17,484 nt of DNA from Utricularia gibba (taxonomy: Eukaryota > Plantae > Magnoliophyta), in assembly GCA_002189035.1 (NCBI GenBank), contig NEEC01000295.1:1-17484 (forward strand), written 5' to 3'. This document shows positions 8,509 through 17,484 of this stretch, one piece after another. Within the stretch, counting starts at the first letter, position 1. Every line of letters begins with the position of its first letter. Under the pieces are notes generated by a model, which was not told the origin of the DNA, ran no database searches, and saw only the letters and a list, made by a program, of their open reading frames with translations. The position numbers were made by a program, and so were the translations under genes.

Positions 8509-11500
8509 GATAAATGCATCACTTATTTTCCGGGCTACAACTGACTATTGGCCTGAGCCCGACCCGACCTCTGGCCCAATCCCGAAACCCCCCAAGAGCG
8601 CCTTCTGAAATATAAAGTAGAGTGATGAGAAAACCCATTGGGGTTCTCATGACATCCTAACTAAAGCAAATGCATTACGATTTCGTCGAGTACGACCCGA
8701 TTGGGCTTAGTAGCCAGACCGAATCTCGGGCCCTGACAAAGCTGCCAACGACAACACCCGCCTTAAAATGGCAAGCTATTGCTTGAAAAACCATTTAGGC
8801 AGCCGCCGAAAACCCAACGTTGATAAATGCATCACTTATTTGGCCGGGCTACAAATGACTATGGGCCCGAGCGCGACTCGACCATTTGCTCGATACTAGT
8901 GCCAGCCTAGAGCGCCTCCTCAAATATAAATCAGGTTGTTGAGAAAACCATTTGGGGTGCTCATGACATCCTAACTTCAAAAAATGCATCACGATTTTCA
9001 TCGAGTAGCACCCGATTGGCTCAGGAGCCAGACCGAACCTTGGGCCCTTACAAAGCTGCCAAAGACAGCACCCGCCTTAAAATGGCAAGCTATTGCTTGA
9101 AAAACCATTCAGGCAGCCGCCGAAAACCCAACGTTGATAAATGCATCACTTATTTTCCGGGCTACAACTGACTATGGGCCATAGCCCGACCCGACCTCTG
9201 GCCCAATACCGAAACCCCCCAAGAGCGCCTTCTGAAATATAAAGTAGAGTGTTGAGAAAACCCATTGGGGTTCTCATGACATCCTAACTAAAGCAAATGC
9301 ATTACGATTTCGTCGAGTACGACCCGATTGGGCTTAGTAGCCAGACCGAATCTCGGGCCTTGACAAAGCTCCCAACGACAACACCCGCCTTAAAATGGCA
9401 AGCTATTGCTTGAAAAACCATTTAGGCAGCCGCCGAAAACCCAACGTTGATAAATGCATCACTTATTTGGCCGGGCTACAAATGACTATGGGCCCGAGCG
9501 CGACTCGACCATTTGCTCGATACTAGTGCCAGCCTAGAGCGCCTCCTCAAATATAAATCAGGTTGTTGAGAAAACCATTTGGGGTGCTCATGACATCCTA
9601 ACTTCAAAAAATGCATCACGATTTTCATCGAGTAGCACCCGATTGGGCTCAGGAGCCAGACCGAACCTTGGGCCCTTACAAAGCTGCCAAAGACAGCACC
9701 CGCCTTAAAATGGCAAGCTATTGCTTGAAAAACCATTCAGGCAGCCGCCGAAAACCCAACGTTGATAAATGCATCACTTATTTTCCGGGCTACAACTGAC
9801 TATGGGCCATAGCCCGACCCGACCTCTGGCCCAATCCCGAAACCCCCCAAGAGCGCCTTCTAAAATATAAAGTAGAGTGTTGAGAAAACCCATTGGGGTT
9901 CTCATGACATCCTAACTAAAGCAAATGCATTACGATTTCGTCGAGTACGACCCGATTGGGCTTAGTAGCCAGACCGAATCTCGGGCCCTGACAAAGCTGC
10001 CAACGACAACACCCGCCTTAAAATGGCAAGCTATTGCTTGAAAAACCAATTAGGCAGCCGCCGAAAACCCAACGTTGATAAATGCATCACTTATTTGGCC
10101 GGGCTACAAATGACTATGGGCCAGAGCGCGACTCGACCATTTGCTCGATACTAGTGCCAGCCTAGAGCGCCTCCTCAAATATAAATCAGGTTGTTGAGAA
10201 AACCATTTGGGGTGCTCATGACATCCTAACTTCAAAAAATGCATCACGATTTTCATCGAGTAGCACCCGATTGGGCTCAGGAGCCAGACCGAACCTTGGG
10301 CCCTTACAAAGCTGCCAACGACAGCACCCGCCTTAAAATGGCAAGCTATTGCTTGAAAAACCATTCAGGCAGCCGCCGAAAACCCAACGTTGATAAATGC
10401 ATCACTTATTTTCCGGGCTACAACTGACTATGGGCCATAGCCCGACCCGACCTCTGGCCCAATCCCGAAACCCCCCAAGAGCGCCTTCTGAAATATAAAG
10501 TAGAGTGTTGAGAAAACCCATTGGGGTTCTCATGACATCCTAACTAAAGCAAATGCATTACGATTTCGTCGAGTACGACCCGATTGGGCTTAGTAGCCAG
10601 ACCGAATCTCGGGCCCTGACAAAGCTCCCAACTATAGCACCCACCTTAAAACGGCAAGCTGTTGCTTGAAAAACCATTTAGGTAGCCGCCGAAAACCCAT
10701 CGTTGATAAATGCATCACTTATTTTCCGGGCTACAACTGACTATTGGCCTGAGCCCGACCCGACCTCTGGCCCAATCCCGAAACCCTCCGAGAGCGCCTT
10801 CTCAAATATATAGCAGAGTGTTGAGAAAACCCATTGGGGTTCTCATGACATCCTAACTACATCAAATGCGTTACGATTTTCGTCGAGTGCGACCCGATTG
10901 GGCTTAGTAGCCAGACCGAATCTCGGGCCGGACAAAGCTCCCAACGACAGCACCCGCCTTTAAATGGCAAGCTGTTGCTTGAAAAACCATGTGGGCAGCC
11001 GCCGACAACCCAACGTTAATAAATGCATCACTTCTTTTGCCGGGCTACAGCTGACTTTGGGCTCAAGCCCGACCCGAATCCGGCCCGATCTCGGTGACCC
11101 ACAAAAGCGCCTTGTCAAGTGTAAAGCATGCTGTTGAAAAAACCAGTTGGGGTGGTCATGAGATCCTAACTTCAATAAAGGCATCACGATTTACGTCGAA
11201 TGGTATCGGATTGTGCTGTGAAGTCAGACCGAACCTTGGGTCCGGACGAAGTTGCCAACAACAGCACCCGCAAAAAACGACAACTTTTCCTCGAAAAAAG
11301 CATGTAGGCAGCCGCCGAAAACCCAACGTTAATAAATGCATCACTTTTTGGCCGGGCTACAAATGACTATGGGCCAGAGCACGACTCGACCATTTGCTCG
11401 ATACTAGTGCCAGCCTAGAGCGCCTCCTCAAATATAAATCAGGTTGTTGAGAAAACCATTTGGGGTGCTCATGACACCTAACTTCAAAAAATGCATCACG

Positions 11501-11643
11501 ATTTTCATCGAGTAGCACCCGATTGGGCTTAGTAGCCAGACCGAATCTCGGGCCCTGACAAAGCTCCCAACTACAGCACCCACCTTAAAACGGCAAGCTG
11601 TCGCTTGAAAAACCATTTAGGCAGCCGCCGAAAACCCATCGTT
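8509..11643. repeat. 10-mer higher-order repeat copy 3
   Basis: Monomer starts are 8509, 8822, 9136, 9449, 9764, 10077, 10392, 10705, 11018 and 11331. Length 3135 bp. It shares private variants with copy 2. Confidence 0.93.
11018..11330. repeat. C-type diverged monomer, copy 3
   Basis: Same diagnostic sequence; CAGCTG at 11048. Confidence 0.95.
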
Positions 11644-13525
11644 GATAAATGCATCACTTATTTTCCGGGCTACAACTGACTATTGGCCTGAGCCCGACCC
11701 GACCTCTGGCCCAATCCCGAAACCCCCAAGAGCGCCTTCTGAAATATAAAGTAGAGTGTTGAGAAAACCCATTGGGGTTCTCATGACATCCTAACTAAAG
11801 CAAATGCATTACGATTTCGTCGAGTACGACCCGATTGGGCTTAGTAGCCAGACCGAATCTCGGGCCCTGACAAAGCTGCCAACGACAACACCCGCCTTAA
11901 AATGGCAAGCTATTGCTTGAAAAACCATTTAGGCAGCCGCCGAAAACCCAACGTTGATAAATGCATCACTTATTTGGCCGGGCTACAAATGACTATGGGC
12001 CAGAGCGCGACTCGACCATTTGCTCGATACTAGTGCCAGCCTAGAGCGCCTCCTCAAATATAAATCAGGTTGTTGAGAAAACCATTTGGGGTGCTCATGA
12101 CATCCTAACTTCAAAAAATGCATCACGATTTTCATCGAGTAGCACCCGATTGGGCTCAGGAGCCAGACCGAACCTTGGGCCCTTACAAAGCTGCCAACGA
12201 CAGCACCCGCCTTAAAATGGCAAGCTATTGCTTGAAAAACCATTCAGGCAGCCGCCGAAAACCCAACGTTGATAAATGCATCACTTATTTTCCGGGCTAC
12301 AACTGACTATGGGCCATAGCCCGACCCGACCTCTGGCCCAATCCCGAAACCCCCCAAGAGCGCCTTCTGAAATATAAAGTAGAGTGTTGAGAAAACCCAT
12401 TGGGGTTCTCATGACATCCTAACTAAAGCAAATGCATTACGATTTCGTCGAGTACGACCCGATTGGGCTTAGTAGCCAGACCGAATCTCGGGCCCTGACA
12501 AAGCTCCCAACTATAGCACCCACCTTAAAACGGCAAGCTGTTGCTTGAAAAACCATTTAGGTAGCCGCCGAAAACCCATCGTTGATAAATGCATCACTTA
12601 TTTTCCGGGCTACAACTGACTATTGGCCTGAGCCCGACCCGACCTCTGGCCCAATCCCGAAACCCTCCGAGAGCGCCTTCTCAAATATATAGCAGAGTGT
12701 TGAGAAAACCCATTGGGGTTCTCATGACATCCTAACTACATCAAATGCGTTACGATTTTCGTCGAGTGCGACCCGATTGGGCTTAGTAGCCAGACCGAAT
12801 CTCGGGCCGGACAAAGCTCCCAACGACAGCACCCGCCTTTAAATGGCAAGCTGTTGCTTGAAAAACCATGTGGGCAGCCGCCGACAACCCAACGTTAATA
12901 AATGCATCACTTCTTTTGCCGGGCTACAGCTGACTTTGGGCTCAAGCCCGACCCGAATCCGGCCCGATCTCGGTGACCCACAAAAGCGCCTTGTCAAGTG
13001 TAAAGCATGCTGTTGAAAAAACCAGTTGGGGTGGTCATGAGATCCTAACTTCAATAAAGGCATCACGATTTACGTCGAATGGTATCGGATTGTGCTGTGA
13101 AGTCAGACCGAACCTTGGGTCCGGACGAAGTTGCCAACAACAGCACCCGCAAAAAAACGACAACTTTTCCTCGAAAAAAGCATGTAGGCAGCCGCCGAAA
13201 ACCCAACGTTAATAAATGCATCACTTTTTTGGCCGGGCTACAAATGACTATGGGCCAGAGCACGACTCGACCATTTGCTCGATACTAGTGCCAGCCTAGA
13301 GCGCCTCCTCAAATATAAATCAGGTTGTTGAGAAAACCATTTGGGGTGCTCATGACACCCTAACTTCAAAAAATGCATCACGATTTTCATCGAGTAGCAC
13401 CCGATTGGGCTTAGTAGCCAGACCGAATCTCGGGCCCTGACAAAGCTCCCAACTACAGCACCCACCTTAAAACGGCAAGCTGTCGCTTGAAAAACCATTT
13501 AGGCAGCCGCCGAAAACCCATCGTT
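11644..13525. repeat. 6-mer higher-order repeat variant (A1 B3 A4 D C E)
   Basis: Monomer starts are 11644, 11956, 12271, 12584, 12897 and 13211. Length 1882 bp. B1, A2, B2 and A3 markers are absent, and the single B carries the B3 markers (GGGCCAGAG, CCAACGAC). Confidence 0.93.
12897..13210. repeat. C-type diverged monomer, copy 4
   Basis: Same diagnostic sequence; CAGCTG at 12927. Confidence 0.95.
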
Positions 13526-16500
13526 GATAAATGCATCACTTATTTTCCGGGCTACAACTGACTATTGGCCTGAGCCCGACCCGACCTCTGGCCCAATCCC
13601 GAAACCCCCCAAGAGCGCCTTCTGAAATATAAAGTAGAGTGTTGAGAAAACCCATTGGGGTTCTCATGACATCCTAACTAAAGCAAATGCATTACGATTT
13701 CGTCGAGTACGACCCGATTGGGCTTAGTAGCCAGACCGAATCTCGGGCCTGACAAAGCTGCCAACGACAACACCCGCCTTAAAATGGCAAGCTATTGCTT
13801 GAAAAACCATTTAGGCAGCCGCCGAAAACCCAACGTTGATAAATGCATCACTTATTTGGCCGGGCTACAAATGACTATGGGCCCGAGCGCGACTCGACCA
13901 TTTGCTCGATACTAGTGCCAGCCTAGAGCGCCTCCTCAAATATAAATCAGGTTGTTGAGAAAACCATTTGGGGTGCTCATGACATCCTAACTTCAAAAAA
14001 TGCATCACGATTTTCATCGAGTAGCACCCGATTGGGCTCAGGAGCCAGACCGAACCTTGGGCCCTTACAAAGCTGCCAAAGACAGCACCCGCCTTAAAAT
14101 GGCAAGCTATTGCTTGAAAAACCATTCAGGCAGCCGCCGAAAACCCAACGTTGATAAATGCATCACTTATTTTCCGGGCTACAACTGACTATGGGCCATA
14201 GCCCGACCCGACCTCTGGCCCAATACCGAAACCCCCCAAAAGCGCCTTCTGAAATATAAAGTAGAGTGTTGAGAAAACCCATTGGGGTTCTCATGACATC
14301 CTAACTAAAGCAAATGCATTACGATTTCGTCGAGTACGACCCGATTGGGCTTAGTAGCCAGACCGAATCTCGGGCCTTGACAAAGCTGCCAACGACAACA
14401 CCCGCCTTAAAATGGCAAGCTATTGCTTGAAAAACCATTTAGGCAGCCGCCGAAAACCCAACGTTGATAAATGCATCACTTATTTGGCCGGGCTACAAAT
14501 GACTATGGGCCGAGCGCGACTCGACCATTTGCTCGATACTAGTGCCAGCCTAGAGCGCCTCCTCAAATATAAATCAGGTTGTTGAGAAAACCATTTGGGG
14601 TGCTCATGACATCCTAACTTCAAAAAAATGCATCACGATTTTCATCGAGTAGCACCCGATTGGGCTCAGGAGCCAGACCGAACCTTGGGCCCTTACAAAG
14701 CTGCCAAGACAGCACCCGCCTTAAAATGGCAAGCTATTGCTTGAAAAACCATTCAGGCAGCCGCCGAAAACCCAACGTTGATAAATGCATCACTTATTTT
14801 CCGGGCTACAACTGACTATGGGCCATAGCCCGACCCGACCTCTGGCCCAATCCCGAAACCCCCCAAGAGCGCCTTCTAAAATATAAAGTAGAGTGTTGAG
14901 AAAACCCATTGGGGTTCTCATGACATCCTAACTAAAGCAAATGCATTACGATTTCGTCGAGTACGACCCGATTGGGCTTAGTAGCCAGACCGAATCTCGG
15001 GCCCTGACAAAGCTGCCAACGACAACACCCGCCTTAAAATGGCAAGCTATTGCTTGAAAAAACCATTAGGCAGCCGCCGAAAACCCAACGTTGATAAATG
15101 CATCACTTATTTGGCCGGGCTACAAATGACTATGGGCCAGAGCGCGACTCGACCATTTGCTCGATACTAGTGCCAGCCTAGAGCGCCTCCTCAAATATAA
15201 ATCAGGTTGTTGAGAAAACCATTTGGGGTGCTCATGACATCCTAACTTCAAAAAATGCATCACGATTTTCATCGAGTAGCACCCGATTGGGCTCAGGAGC
15301 CAGACCGAACCTTGGGCCCTTACAAAGCTGCCAACGACAGCACCCGCCTTAAAATGGCAAGCTATTGCTTGAAAAACCATTCAGGCAGCCGCCGAAAACC
15401 CAACGTTGATAAATGCATCACTTATTTTCCGGGCTACAACTGACTATGGGCCATAGCCCGACCCGACCTCTGGCCCAATCCCGAAACCCCCAAGAGCGCC
15501 TTCTGAAATATAAAGTAGAGTGTTGAGAAAACCCATTGGGGTTCTCATGACATCCTAACTAAAGCAAATGCATTACGATTTCGTCGAGTACGACCCGATT
15601 GGGCTTAGTAGCCAGACCGAATCTCGGGCCCTGACAAAGCTCCCAACTATAGCACCCACCTTAAAACGGCAAGCTGTTGCTTGAAAAACCATTTAGGCAG
15701 CCGCCGAAAACCCATCGTTGATAAATGCATCACTTATTTTCCGGGCTACAACTGACTATTGGCCTGAGCCCGACCCGACCTCTGGCCCAATCCCGAAACC
15801 CTCCGAGAGCGCCTTCTCAAATATATAGCAGAGTGTTGAGAAAACCCATTGGGGTTCTCATGACATCCTAACTACATCAAATGCGTTACGATTTTCGTCG
15901 AGTGCGACCCGATTGGGCTTAGTAGCCAGACCGAATCTCGGGCCGGACAAAGCTCCCAACGACAGCACCCGCCTTTAAATGGCAAGCTGTTGCTTGAAAA
16001 ACCATGTGGGCAGCCGCCGACAACCCAACGTTAATAAATGCATCACTTCTTTTGCCGGGCTACAGCTGACTTTGGGCTCAAGCCCGACCCGAATCCGGCC
16101 CGATCTCGGTGACCCACAAAAGCGCCTTGTCAAGTGTAAAGCATGCTGTTGAAAAAACCAGTTGGGGTGGTCATGAGATCCTAACTTCAATAAAGGCATC
16201 ACGATTTACGTCGAATGGTATCGGATTGTGCTGTGAAGTCAGACCGAACCTTGGGTCCGGACGAAGTTGCCAAACAACAGCACCCGCAAAAAAACGACAA
16301 CTTTTCCTCGAAAAAAGCATGTAGGCAGCCGCCGAAAACCCAACGTTAATAAATGCATCACTTTTTTGGCCGGGCTACAAATGACTATGGGCCAGAGCAC
16401 GACTCGACCATTTGCTCGATACTAGTGCCAGCCTAGAGCGCTCCTCAAATATAAATCAGGTTGTTGAGAAAACCATTTGGGGTGCTCATGACACCCTAAC

Positions 16501-16660
16501 TTCAAAAATGCATCACGATTTTCATCGAGTAGCACCCGATTGGGCTTAGTAGCCAGACCGAATCTCGGGCCCTGACAAAGCTCCCAACTACAGCACCCAC
16601 CTTAAAACGGCAAGCTGTCGCTTGAAAAACCATTTAGGCAGCCGCCGAAAACCCATCGTT
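13526..16660. repeat. 10-mer higher-order repeat copy 4
   Basis: Monomer starts are 13526, 13838, 14153, 14466, 14780, 15093, 15408, 15720, 16033 and 16348. Length 3135 bp. Confidence 0.93.
16033..16347. repeat. C-type diverged monomer, copy 5
   Basis: Same diagnostic sequence; CAGCTG at 16063. Confidence 0.95.
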
Positions 16661-17484
16661 GATAAATGCATCACTTATTTTCCGGGCTACAACTGACTAT
16701 TGGCCTGAGCCCGACCCGACCTCTGGCCCAATCCCGAAACCCCCAAGAGCGCCTTCTGAAATATAAAGTAGAGTGTTGAGAAAACCCATTGGGGTTCTCA
16801 TGACATCCTAACTAAAGCAAATGCATTACGATTTTCGTCGAGTACGACCCGATTGGGCTTAGTAGCCAGACCGAATCTCGGGCCTGACAAAGCTGCCAAC
16901 GACAACACCCGCCTTAAAATGGCAAGCTATTGCTTGAAAACCATTTAGGCAGCCGCCGAAAACCCAACGTTGATAAATGCATCACTTATTTGGCCGGGCT
17001 ACAAATGACTATGGGCCAGAGCGCGACTCGACCATTTGCTCGATACTAGTGCCAGCCTAGAGCGCCTCCTCAAATATAAATCAGGTTGTTGAGAAAACCA
17101 TTTGGGGTGCTCATGATCCTAACTTCAAAAAATGCATCACGATTTTCATCGAGTAGCACCCCGATTGGGCTCAGGAGCCAGACCGAACCTTGGGCCCTTA
17201 CAAAGCTGCCAACGACAGCACCCGCCTTAAAATGGCAAGCTATTGCTTGAAAAACCATTCAGGCAGCCGCCGAAAACCCAACGTTGATAAATGCATCACT
17301 TATTTTCCGGGCTACAACTGACTATGGGCCATAGCCCGACCCGACCTCTGGCCCAATCCCGAAACCCCCAAGAGCGCCTTCTGAAATATAAAGTAGAGTG
17401 TTGAGAAAACCCATTGGGGTTCTCATGACATCCTAACTAAAGCAAATGCATTACGATTTCGTCGAGTACGACCCGATTGGGCTT
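16661..17484. repeat. Partial HOR, probably the start of a second 6-mer (A1 B3 A...)
   Basis: A1 at 16661 (TATTGGCCTGAG) is followed directly by a B with B3 markers (A at 17018 in GGGCCAGAG; CCAACGAC), then an A truncated by the window end. Confidence 0.7.

Larger units (their letters stand above)
1..17484. repeat. Tandem satellite DNA array, ~313 bp monomer, ~56 copies, single orientation, running off both ends of the window
   Basis: The anchor (G/A)ATAAATGCATCACTT occurs 56 times (77, 385, 697, 1007 ... 16661, 16972, 17286), with spacings of 305-315 bp and a mean of (17286-77)/55 = ~313 bp. No non-repeat sequence lies between copies. Confidence 0.98.

Noticed and set aside
1-17484. CRISPR array
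   Set aside because: There are no unique spacers: the sequence between conserved boxes is itself repeated. The period of ~313 bp is far too long, and no cas genes are present.
1-17484. 5S rDNA, tRNA or snRNA tandem array (a ~300 bp unit is typical of plant 5S arrays)
   Set aside because: I found no 5S coding sequence, tRNA cloverleaf, A/B boxes or Sm site on either strand, and no ~120 bp invariant block. rDNA spacer sub-repeats cannot be formally excluded, but nothing supports them.
1-17484. Transposon, LTR, MITE or telomeric insertion, or an inversion
   Set aside because: Anchor spacing never exceeds 315 bp and all monomers have the same orientation, so there is no room for an insertion. 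No terminal repeats or telomeric motifs are present.

Overview
The whole 17,484 bp window is one uninterrupted head-to-tail satellite DNA array, most likely eukaryotic (peri)centromeric or heterochromatic. I see no genes, RNA genes, transposons or CRISPR array. Using the motif (G/A)ATAAATGCATCACTT as an anchor, I counted 56 copies from 77 to 17286, a mean period of about 313 bp. One A monomer counted by hand is about 49% GC. Each monomer is an old dimer of two ~156-157 bp halves. Monomers fall into five diagnosable types: A, B, D (A-derived), C (strongly diverged) and E (B/A chimera). Their order is A B A B* A B A | A B A B A B A D C E | A B A B A B A D C E | A B A B A B A D C E | A B A D C E | A B A B A B A D C E | A B A(partial). 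This gives four 10-mer higher-order repeats (HORs, ~3.13 kb), one 6-mer (~1.88 kb), a probable second 6-mer at the right edge, and an irregular C-less zone in the first ~2.25 kb. All listed ORFs are by-products of the repeat. The interesting biology is the layered repeat architecture and the recombination junctions readable from diagnostic bases. I cannot identify the host or name the family, and some indels may be long-read errors.
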